Shown: piece by piece, positions 51,501 to 63,141 of the stretch
Layout of the letters: each line of letters begins with the position of its first letter
Position numbering within the stretch: position 1 is the stretch's first letter
NCBI RefSeq assembly: GCF_000143415.4
Contig: NW_003314301.1
Location: 406,259 to 470,258 of the forward strand
Length of the DNA stretch: 64,000 nt
Source: Selaginella moellendorffii
Lineage: Eukaryota > Plantae > Lycopodiophyta
Reading direction: 5' to 3'
Program-made: the position numbers and the translations under genes
The notes under the pieces: model-generated
The model's input: only the letters and a program-made list of their open reading frames with translations
Told to the model about the DNA's origin: nothing
The model's database searches: none

Positions 51501-51960
51501 GTGAACTGGATCAAGCCCACTGCCCGAATAGAGGTGAACAGAATAGTCTCTGGTACCATGATGGAACGGGAAAAGCTACTGTTGAATGCTTGTTGTATAC
51601 AGTCTTATATATTAATTCATCTCCTTTAATCTCTCCTAGATTTCTGCTGCAGATTCCTGTGCCCTTGACACCTTGATTCCTGCTCCAACAGGTGTGCTGC
51701 CAACGGAGAGGATCCTGTCAAGGAGCTGGATGCTGCCAACGCAGTAGGGATCAGAAAGTGCGTGGTGGTGGACCTCTGAGGCATTGGCATCAACAGGAAA
51801 CTCGGGCTCTTCCTTGTCCAAGAGGCTCTAGGCGACGTGATGAGCCACATTGCGAAAGTCCCTGCTACCGCAATCTTTGATGATGATCTCTGGGGATAGT
51901 CGCCAAGGATACTGCTGAATGCGATGTAGTAGATTTTGGAGGGGCAATGGAGATAATGCT
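48505..51960 (+). pseudogene. Unknown family, copy B (48505-49087 and 51691-51960), split by a Copia element
   Basis: Reverse-complement homology to copy A on both sides of the insertion. Confidence 0.7.
49088..51690 (-). mobile_element. Short-LTR Ty1/Copia deletion derivative (LTRs 49088-49212 and 51559-51690)
   Basis: TG...CA LTRs of 125/132 bp with TSD GGTGT (49083-49087, 51691-51695). PBS-like TGGTACCAGAG at 51558 and PPT AGGGGGAG at 49213-49220. RT remnant LVDVKAAFLAG. Confidence 0.88.
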
Positions 51961-52963
51961 GCTGAAGCCAGAATCTAGTCCCTAGGTAAGTTGATCTTTG
52001 TTGTAATGACTTTTATTCGCAAGAAAGTTAAAATTGAACAAACATTGTTTAGGTAAATTCATTTCGACACAGGATTTCTTTTGAGCTGGTGAGTGTTTTT
52101 TTTTTATTGTTAGTTTTGCACGGGACAGCGATCTCAAGTTGACGTTGTCGAGAAGAACTTGAGAAGAACAAATCCTTTGTTGAAAGCAGAGGCGCACACA
52201 CACAGAAGGTGAGAACTCTATATCACTGATTATGTTCAAGCTAAAATTCCATGTGTGGATCAGGCACTTGATTGTGATGAGATGACCCATGTCCATCTAC
52301 CCATTCATAATAATGCAGAGCATTGAGATGGTGGACTTTGGGGAGCTGATGAGAAAAACATATAAAAATCAACTACCCCTAGGTCTTTGCTCTTTACTTT
52401 GCTATAGCCTCAATCCTGCCTCTAGAATGTGGTCTTCGCTAGAAGCGGCTCAAGAGAAGCGCTTTGCAGGAAATTTCCTGAAGTTTATGAAGTGGCTCAG
52501 TTACTTTGCTATAGCCTCAATCGTGCATGCCTCAGTTATCTGTGAGGCAAATATAGCATTTTTTATTGGCATGATAAAACACCATCGAAGTTCATGCCAT
52601 GAAAATAAGAGAAACCGAAAGAACTACGCTTACCAACACTTTTGTATCCAGCGAAAGTCTTTTGGTTCGTCTTGCAAAGCGGTGTCTCTTTGGTTTTTCG
52701 CCAGTCCTTGCGCGCCAAGAAAACTTACTCAAGAATGAAAGTTAAAAAGCATTCTCCGGAACTCTAAAACGAGGGTGCACAAGATTGTTTCGCAGTTAAA
52801 CCATCAGCCCACACCCAATTCTCGCAATAGCCTCGGATTGGAACACCCTGTAGATCGAGTCACAGCGAAAACTTCGAAGCTTGCCTTGTTCATGGGTAGG
52901 GCCTACGAACCAAATCTGTGCAATCCGAGACTTCTTTTCTTCCAGTTCCATATATGCAGTCCT

Positions 52964-54136
52964 CAGTGCTTCAAAACATGCCGTGCACCATGGCGTGTTG
53001 GCGTGGTGACACGAACACGGCCCCCAGCTGTGTTAACACGGGCCATGTTCATTGACTCGGTCAATGCTCCAAAACACAGTTCCAAACACGGTTGAAACAC
53101 GGTCAAATACTGTGTGACCACGCCGTGTTCTAAAACAATAGCTCATGTGGTTCACGTGAGCATTTTGCGCTTTGATGTTTTCTTGTCTTGCGATCAATAA
53201 AAAATTCCTGCGATCAATCAAAAAGTTTTTCCATCGATCTATGGCAATTTTCTTGGGCTGGGAATGCCTTCTCTAGGATTCTAGCGCTGGAGTGGGAGGA
53301 ATGGCGCCTGTGATTGGGAAGGTCTACGAGGGGATGGATCAGATGAGCAAGAACATCCGTCAACAAGAGGAGAACAATCTTAGGTATGAGGAGCTAAACC
53401 AACTGATTTCAAACAGGTGGTGGGCTTATCATAGCACTTTTCACTCTATGGCATACATGCTTGATCCAGAGTTTCAGGGGTGAGGACAGGAAAAATCCAG
53501 GGAAGTTTCCAAAGATTGGAACATGTACTTGGAGATCCAGTTCCTTGACTATCAGCAAAGGTCAACTATAAAAAATCAGCTTTGCCAATACAAGAACTTG
53601 GAGGGTAGTTTTGGCACCGGGGACTCTCAGATGGATTGTACAACAAAGGGTTCTATGTAGTGGTGGGAAAACAATGGCTACTCAGGTCCAGATTTGCAAA
53701 GGTTGGTAATTCGAGTGCTTAGTTAGGCAAGTTCTTCCTCATTTGTGGAGCAATTGTTCAGCATTTTTGGGCACATCACTTCAAAGAAGAGGAATTGCTT
53801 AGTAGTGAGCCGGATTGCAGACTTGGTATTTGTGGCTAGTAATACCAAGTTGATAGGGAGCCACACTTCTTATGACAAGTTTGTGGGATTGAGCCAAACA
53901 AGAAGTATTCCTCAAATTACTGATGCTGATATTGAAGCTATGGAAGAAGAGGACGAAGACGAAGATGATGATCCTGCTAATGAGGAGCTTCTAGATGAGA
54001 TGGAGTGATAAGTAGAATATTCTAGAGAATATTCGTGTTTTCACCCGTGTTTATCCGTGTTCAATTCCGTGTTCCGTGTTCATGTTCAAAAAATTGAATC
54101 CCATGTTCATGTTCATGTTCGTGTTTTGAAGCTATG
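52964..54136 (+). mobile_element. Non-autonomous hAT DNA transposon with transposase C-terminal remnant
   Basis: TIRs CAGTGCTTCAAAACATG / CGTGTTTTGAAGCTATG and 8-bp TSD GCAGTCCT (52956-52963, 54137-54144). Subterminal ACACGG/CCGTGT repeats. Remnants HSMAYMLDPEF and EQLFSIFGHITSKKRN (hATC dimerisation). Confidence 0.92.
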
Positions 54137-55424
54137 GCAGTCCTAGCTCGCCCGAGACACTTGTCGCTGTGCCCAAGCGATTCATCACCTCTGCGTTCAT
54201 GCTAGTGCCCCAGAAATACTCACAGATCATCCACACCTCTAGTTAGGACCACTGCCTAGCTTGCATGAACCCAATGGTGTTTTTGTTATTTTTTGTTTGC
54301 TCAAGCAAGACTTATAGAGAATATACCTAGATTGGATATTCAAGAATATTTTATCATCTATCGGTTATTATTCATTTAAATTAATTTTGTATATATAAAC
54401 TATAAACATATTTATAATTTATAAACTTTCCTAAACATTTTCTAGTATATTCTTGTTTATTCTACTATTTAGCAATAAGATTAATCTTTATTTATAAATC
54501 ATAAAAATGTTTATAATTGTTAATAAATTAGATTATTCAAAAATACTACTATTAAGAAAACTAAGTGCGAGGCACAGCAAATTATTTAATTTAACAACTT
54601 ATTGTTATTATTATACACAATACTTAATATCAACATAGATATTTAACTTATGTTGAATATAGCTACCATCCTGCAAAGTGCTACTGGTACCAATACCTAG
54701 TCACTGGGACATACAACAATTAAACCATAGACTAGATGGTAGAGGGCCAAAAATGTCCTCTATTCCAGCAAAAATATTCGGAAAAATAATACTTTTAAAT
54801 AAATTTGCTTTGATACTGTCCAGAAAAAGGGATGCTAATGCCAGAGGCAATGTCGACCACAACTTGAACACTTCAGGAACTCAGTGAATGATGTAACATG
54901 AATTTTGCAACAGTTACATGCAAAATTTATTACCACTGGCATCAAAATCACTTCAACTTTTATGCAAACAACCTATCACTACTGGGAGGATTTTTCTCTA
55001 TACATAAATCAAATATAAGAAAGAGAGCCACATTGAAGCAGCTAAGCACATCAAAGTGTGACTGCTCCACAAAAAGAACCCATTCACAGAACAAGGGTCC
55101 TTGCCACAAAGATTCAGGTGAAACCCAAGCAGGTTGGATCATTGCAGGGCAAATGAATCATACCATAGGTTCAAAGAACTGTAAAAAGCACAGTTTCCTT
55201 CTGAATCAGAACAGTGTCATTGGAACCAGCAATCTGTAAGAGAGTTAAATTAGATGTACACTAGAAACTGACTCAACCTGAATATATAGAGAATATATGT
55301 CTTTGAGCATTCGCTTCACTTGCTTCAAGATCCATTACTGTCATTGTCCTTTGGTACACACAAAAGATTGATTTACCCATCATAGAAACAACAAGACTTA
55401 CCACTTGAGAATGAGGTTCTGGCT

Positions 55425-55900
55425 TGAGGAGCATGATCTCCATTGCAACTATATCGCACTTGGCATCTTTTGCAGTCCCCTAGACACCAAGCTTGCCCTA
55501 GAGATCAAGACGAAGAAGAGCCCAACTTTCCTGTTGACACCAATTCCCCGGAAGGTCCACCACCATGCACTTTCTAATCCCCACCGTATCCACAACATCC
55601 AGCTCCTTGACAGGATCCTTTCCATTGGTGGCACACCCTTGATAAACTTCTTGACCAATAGTATCATTAGCATGCCCCTGTAGTCCTTGTAGCTAACAAT
55701 CCACTCGAGCGTATTGTACTTCAATGCCTTGGTAGACATTGGTTGAAATCTGATCATAGCATCCTTGTATTTCTTAGAAATACTTTGAGCAGCCTCCGCT
55801 TGTATGGGTTTGTCAATCACAAACTTAATTGGAATGGGAATCAGGCCGAGCTTGTATAAAGAGACACACCCAATCACTTCAATGCTCATGATCTGGCAAT
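55425..55900 (-). pseudogene. Unknown family, copy C (5'-truncated)
   Basis: STKALKYNTLEWIVSYKDYRGML...GIGVNRKVGLFFV. Confidence 0.7.
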
Positions 55901-58900
55901 TGGATTCCCACTTCGATCACTTCTATATAGCACATTTTCAGTTCCATTTTGAGGCACAGGGATTTGTGTTTCATAACTCTACCACCCATAGACAAAGTTC
56001 AATGTCCTCATTGAATAATAAATTATTTTATAAAGTAACTCCATTATAGATTACTATTTTCATCTATAACACCAAGCCATTATTCATTAATGATTCAACA
56101 CCAAAAGCTCATTAAGCCTTGCCCAACCTCTAAAGAGTATAACCTATTTTAGAGACTCACTAAACCATTTTTGGTAATTTTCTCCCTTTGTACTAAAAGC
56201 ACCTTCTCTATCTCTATCTTACTACTCATTTTGGAGTAGTTTGGAACTTTATCCACATAGCTAATGCATTTGGGAACTTTAATATTGATTTGTCGAATCA
56301 ATTTTTTAAATGTCTACATTGCACATGTTATGCAAATTCCACTTCCCCTTTTTGTAAGGTTCTTTACTTGAGGGCACCATCATTTTTTCTTTTGTTTCAT
56401 GCCTCTCTAGGCACATTTATCCTCTATTATTTGGCTACCTTGCCACTCCATCTTTTAGGGCATTCACCCTCGCTAAATTAGAGTTTTTGGGAATCCTATT
56501 TTTGGAAATATTTTTCTTAAATTGGAGCATTTGGGAATCCTAGTTTTGAAAATATATTTCCTTTCTCATAATCAATTAGCATCTACCACATGGTGGTTCC
56601 TTCCTTAACTTACCATTTGGATTCTTTCTAATGATTTCAAAATTAAATTTTTAACCATTAGTGTTTAGATTTTATCCTTTGATTGTTGCACCAAGCAATA
56701 TAGGATCACTACCTCTGTCCTTATGGTTTCATAGTAAAGGCTTTACTTTACTAAGTCCATGGGGTGTTCACTCTAATAAGTTTTTTCAACATTTTCTACT
56801 GTAAGATTTATTTATAGTTTAACCTTATGACCCTTCTATAGGTCTATTTTTAAAAACTACTTTTTTGGATTCACAATACTATTGTATTGCACAACTCATT
56901 TCATATAGGGGTCCTCCCTTGACTAAATCACACCATTTCTAATAGTTCAAATCAACTCTTTAAATTAAGACTTTTATTCCTTAAGTAGGTATTAGGTCTA
57001 CTAGACTATTAAATTGTTAACCATAACTCTAAGGCATCCCCACACTTGGCAGTGCACATAAACTAGCCCTTCTAGCCAAGAGTCCATAACAATTGAGATT
57101 TAATGTCTCCATCTCATTCATTATGTTTATGGTGCCATTTGCACAAGAGTGTTCAAATTAAATATGACAAACTTTCACACTAAACACTTTAATTGTGTAT
57201 CACAACTCTAGGGCATCCCCCACTTGGTGATGCGCACAAGGTAGCCTCCATAATCATTGAAAAATGAGTGTCTTTATATTCCAAACCATCACCACACCCT
57301 AATAGATTGGGACTCGAACCTAAATATTAGAGGGTTGAGACTCAAACCCAACTTTTGTATATACATTTATGAATGGCATCACCCAAGATCTCTAATATGA
57401 CTCCTCACGCTGGTGCATCAACTTATATTCAACATGCATTATGAATCACAGTTTAAGAACATAATTCCTCTGAACTTCCAAGTCTTCTCACTTAACAAAT
57501 AATTTTTATTGAACCAATTAACTTAACCTTAAAGCATCATTTCTTTAAACCTTTGGTGTCTCCACATCATCGACTTTATGAGTTTACCCTCACAACACTT
57601 TCCATTTGTGTTTAGTTCTTGTCAAGACCATAATAATTATTTTTTATGCCAACTATTGGTTAATATTCCACCACAGTATTCACATATAATTCTTCACTAA
57701 AGTTGTTTTCTTCCATAAACACCTTTCCATGACTTTAGTATAATACTGTTTGCCATCAATGAGATACCCACTATTCTATACTTGAATCTCATAATCCTCC
57801 CAATCCTTCATCAGGTATAACATACTTTTATCCAAATCGATTTTCTCTAAGCCTTTGGGATCATCTTTTAACTCTATTGAGTTATTTGGATTTTGGACTT
57901 TATTAATCTAACGTTTTGTAAAGTCTTAGCCTCATAGTTACTTTTGATGTGTCACCACATTTGAATGCAACTTCTTTTATTTATGTCCTATTCACAAAGT
58001 CCATATTTGTAATTATTTCTCTAATAGTTGACCATCCTTTATTCCACGTGAATTACTTTTGCCCCTTAAAACTATCCTTTCATATGATGAGAATATTAAT
58101 TCATCCTTTGTTCCAACATTTATTAAAGGTAGTCTTAACTACCATTTCAAAGACATATGTCTTCATTCGTATTTGACCTCCCACAATCATTAACTCTAGT
58201 CTTAAATTTATGAGCACAATCCTTAACCATATAAAAATAATTTTACAACTTTTTTATTTTCTTGAAATCTCTATCTTTCTTGTGATCCAAACTATAGTTG
58301 TTTACCACAACTATATTAACTAATTTACTAAGTTAAATGTTTATATGAATCATTTCCTCAACTCTTTGAGAAAAACCTTCTATTATTTCTAAAATCCCAA
58401 AATCACTCCATTAATGGCCTTTTTTCCACATCACTTATAAGTTCACGTGTGAACTACAATAGAGAGCCATGCCCTTTCAACATGCAACTCTTTAAGTATA
58501 GCCCCACTTCTAGGACCATCACATGTCAATATCAAATAGTGATATACTTGACTGCTATTAAGAGTTGAACTAAAGAATAACTCTGATACCAAATTGTAAG
58601 CGATTACTTTTTCCATTTTACTTTAGTCACTTAACTACACTTTTGACCATTTAGAGGAGTCTCACACACAACCTCTATAAGTCTTATTACCGACTTGGGG
58701 AGTTGCTAACCCCATGATTGTCCTTTATACCACTTTACCTTTGCACTTGGTCCAAATGCTTTATGTATCCAATCCCACAACAGATATTCAAAGATACCAC
58801 TAACATATCAACTTATTACACTAAGGTTATATCCATTCATCTTTATCCCATTGGTAGTTCAAGACCACTTGACCACAGTTCTGTTTCTCAAAGATTGGGC

Positions 58901-59427
58901 CATCCATCCATGAGTGGTCATTTTATAACCACATTTTAGCATCTTTAAGATGCCCAAAGATATAGGGAACACCTATCTTTAATATCCCTTTTTCAGTCCC
59001 TACCAAGTCTTTTTCCATCTATGGTTATGCTCACCAACACCACTATTGGGTTATGGCTTGAAGGCTTAACCACTAAGTCCTATTGACCTCTAAAACTTCC
59101 TTACCATGTGACTATATTTTTGGTCACTGCATAAGAGGATTACTCCTCTTCCTTTTCACAATCCAGGATTTTGGGATAACATTTCAATCTTGACACTTCC
59201 ACATGTCATCACACTTCCATGTGTCAAACTTTACATCCCTTTTTAGAGACTCATTCATCAATTGTTTCATGCTCATTCTTCAACCCCTTTTTGGGAGTTC
59301 CACTCCCACTTTTGACTTTCTAGGTCAGAACTTTTAATCCAAAACATATTACATTCATTGGACTCCTACTTTGATCACTGAGCACACTTTTGGGTTCACT
59401 TTAGGGCTTAGTGATTTAGGTTTCACA
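55900..59427 (-). mobile_element. Ancient degraded Ty3/Gypsy element: 5' LTR 58595-59427, PBS and eroded gag-pol
   Basis: The LTR is homologous to the solo LTR at 14446-16283 but lacks ~14685-15690. PBS TGGTATCAGAG at 58591-58581. The interior is AT-rich, CpG-depleted and stop-ridden. Confidence 0.75.
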
Positions 59428-60499
59428 AGATGCTTGAGATTGACACTATTATTGCCTATGTTTAAAGACAAGGGTGAGGACATGATCATGGCTATGATGT
59501 TCACTACTAAGCATGTGATGAGGTTAGCTATATGTATCAGTGTTGTCAATATTTCCTAAATTGGCATCTTTCATTTTCTAGGTGGAGGCCATAATGTTAA
59601 TAATGTCTTATTGTTGCTGCTATGGTGGAAGGTTTTGATATAAAAATTCTTCAAGGAAATGAGGAATTATATAAGTAATGGAGGGTCTTTATTTGAATAA
59701 ATCAATGACTCCTTTATTCTTTTTTTAGGAGTATTATCAAGGGGTGCACTTAGCACTAGCTCATATAGTTTAGTTTACTTTCCAAAATTGTTTTTATAAA
59801 AAGAGATCCCTTTTTATGTTGGTGGATATGAGTTTGAATGTATCTTTTATTGCTCAATATATTGCCATATACTGTTATCTACAATTGTATCATGCAACAG
59901 AGCCAATCGTTATTCTTTATGGCAATAGTTGTGCATAAGCATTCGCACTAGATAAGACAAACATAACTATATATGTAAATGATCTCAAGCTTGAACTTCA
60001 AGTGTTGCAACTAGTGCTAAGTTAAACTTTTAACATAATCATTAGTTATAGTGTATGTGACTTTGAGACTTCTCCCGTTTATTTATACTCCTTTATATTT
60101 CTTTCATTCCTTTTACTTTTATTCCATTTCATTTACCTTTACCTTCATCACTTTTGTGTTCTTATTATTACTTTATTCCCTTCTTATTCTTTATTCTTCT
60201 ATTTCCTCTTTAGATCCTTCACATAGTTTTTATGTTGTGGTAGTTGATCGACTCAAGTAGGAGTATGTTGATTTTTTTTACTTTGGCTTATCATTTGGGG
60301 CCAAGATTGCAACCTATCATCCTAATCCAACTAAAGATGTTCATCTGATCAAGGTTCTTATTTAGTATCAAAGGAAATTAAAATTTTATGTGCAAATGTT
60401 AAAAAGATGTTGGAGAAGGGTTCATCTGTTAAATGATATAAAGATTTCAAATGTGTACTTACTTTCTTATATAGTTGATTTTCTAAATTATTTGGGGTG

Positions 60500-60800
60500 C
60501 AACCGTTAGTTTACCAAGTTAGATACTATTTCTAGGTACTAGCAAGTGTTGATTGCTAAGGAGAAGACTACTTTCTATATATTATTTTATTTATATAGGT
60601 CTTTGGTGATGCTATTTAATTTGAATAATGCTTTAGTTACTTTTCAACAAATAATAGACAAGATTCTTTATGATATACTAGAGGTGATTACCAATTTCAT
60701 TGATAATGTCTCAATCCACTCATATAGGACATAGAAGCACATTCATGATATCCATAATGTGTTGAATTGACTATATAAAAATTAAAGTTATTAAAGTGCA
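60500..60800 (+). pseudogene. Degraded Ty3/Gypsy reverse transcriptase fragment
   Basis: KTTF...LYRSLVMLFNLNNALVTFQQIIDKIL...FIDNV resembles KTAF...MPFGLxNAPATFQ...YIDD. Confidence 0.7.
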
Positions 60801-60834
60801 TGTTTGGATTCAAGTATAAACAACTAAAGTTTCT

Positions 60835-61750
60835 AATCTACTTTAGTCACTTAACCACATATTAGACCATTTGGAGGAATCTTACTCACAACCTTTATAT
60901 GTCTTATTCCTAAATTAGGACTTGTTAGCCTTGTGAATGGCATTTATGCCACTCTACCTTTTGCACTTTGTCCAAGTGCTCCATATGTCCAATCTTACAA
61001 TAAATACCCAAATGTACCACTAATATATTAGTTTATTATGCTAATGCTATATCTATTCAATTTTATCTCATTGGTAGTTTAAAACCACCCATACTATAGT
61101 CCTGTCTCTCAAAGACTGAACCATCCATCCATGAGTAGTCATCTTATAACCACACATTAGCATATTTAAAATGCCCAAAAACATAAGGAATACCTCCTCA
61201 AATATCCCTTCTTTGGTCCCTACCAAATCCCTCTCTCTCTATAGCAATACTCACTAACACCACCATTAGGTTAAGGCTTAAAAGCCCAACCATTAAGTCT
61301 TATTGACATCTAAGACTTCCTCATCATATGACTATACCCTTAGTCACTACATAAAAGGATTTTTTCTCTTCCTTTCCACAGTCTGAGGTTTTAGGATGAC
61401 ATTTCAAAACACCATAGCCCTACACAATTCTCATGGATACTTCTCCTATCTTCTGCATCTGGTGCTCTAGTCAAGTGGCTAGAGCAAAGTTCCAATAAGC
61501 CATGCTAGGTATCCAAGTACATAGTGTTACCCACACTTGGATTGGGAGCATTGATCATCTGATCTCCTAAGGGAGCTAAAATTATCTCTTAAATATTTCA
61601 CCAAGTTACTTTATTTGTCCATTTATATTCACTCTAGCCTTAAACTCCATAATAGTTATATTTTCAAGGTATACCCTTCCTAAGCCAACCTTTCTTATCC
61701 AACTGATTTAAATGAAGTTCAACTTTCCCTACTATACTTTTGGAACCACA
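60835..61750 (-). mobile_element. Third, truncated and degraded copy of the same LTR family
   Basis: Aligns to the reverse complement of ~15345-16260 (e.g. CTACTTTAGTCACTTAACCACA). Confidence 0.75.
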
Positions 61751-61869
61751 TTGCCAAGTAAATGATGTTTTAGAGTTATGGTTTATGGTTAGTATGCTTG
61801 ATATAGAAACTCAACACATCTAATTTATAAGATAATAAAAACACCTAATTTCAATTGCCATGGACACTT

Positions 61870-63046
61870 GGCCAGAAGGGCTAGGTTGGGGGGTCATGGT
61901 CATACTCAAAAGTTGAACAATATTGATGACCATGTTAAGGTACATGGTCTCATGATGCTGCTTGAGGGGACATGCTTGCCTAATGCTCAAATTCTCGTAG
62001 CTACATTCAAGAAAAGTTATGGCCTTAGAGAAAGGAATGGCTCTTCTTTGGACATGAGACTGGACTCCAAAGTGTTCATGACAAGATCTTTGATAGATCT
62101 GTACATGAAGTGTGGCACTATGGATGGAAAGTTTTCGAGAAGACACCAGGGCGGGATATGGTTTTATGGAGCTTGTCTACGTCTCAAATGGTGAAGAAGA
62201 GGGAGCTCTAGAGCTCATCAAGTTTGTGGAGGTGGATGATGATGTGATCGGTTGACCATTCCCTCCGGACTCAATCTCTGTGCATGCTTGGGACCCAGAG
62301 GAAAATGGAGAGAGGCATGGCATTCCACTTTCAAGCTTACCATGCCGGCTGGAATGACTACGAGGTGGCTCGCGGCCTTGTGGTGATGTACGTGAAGTGT
62401 GGGAGCATGGGGGATGCTCGCCGAGAGAGATGATGTCACAGCATGGAACTCGATGGTCTTGGGCTATGCCGAGAACAAGCAAGCAGTGCTGTTCTTGGAG
62501 CTCTTTCGAGAGATTCCTCCTCAAGTTTTGGACGCTCACAGATTGGCTGCTGCTCTCGAGGCTTGTGGAAGCCTGGCGTCTGTGGAACCGGGCAAAGCCA
62601 CTCATGCTCTAGCTTGCCGCTTGGGGATGGAAGTATCTCTCATCGTTGGGACTAGTTTGGTTGACTTCTATGGCAAGTGTGGAAGCATGGTGGACACTCG
62701 ACTGATTTTTTATGGGATCTTTCCCAAGAAGCTAGCGGCCTGGACGGCTTCCATGGAAGGCTATGGCCGTCAAGGAAGCTCCAAGCTTGTGATGGAGCTT
62801 CTTTGTGGAATGGAAGAGGAGGGCTTTCGACCGGACGCTAAAACTCTGGCTAGCGTTATCAGCAGATGTGATTCCTTCCCAGGATTATTCCCTGCGCATG
62901 GTGGAGCCAATGAATTACATGCCGCAGTAGACATGGTTAGCTCGATGGAAAGTGTTAGCAACGCTATGTTGGTGAGAATTATCCTAGATGCTTGTAAGGT
63001 GGAAGAATCTTCAGGTGGCATTCAAGCGTTTGATGGATTTGGATGA
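61870..63046 (+). pseudogene. PLS-class PPR pseudogene
   Basis: SLIDLYMKCG, AWNSMVLGYA, LEACGSLASVEPGKATH and SLVDFYGKCGS occur in broken frames with a truncated E region. Confidence 0.8.
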
Positions 63047-63141
63047 GTTTGATTCAGTGGCTTATGTACTATTTGCATCCAGCTATGATTAAGTGCAAAT
63101 AATTCACTTAGTTATTCTTTCTTCGTAAGAACGTGTCTGCT

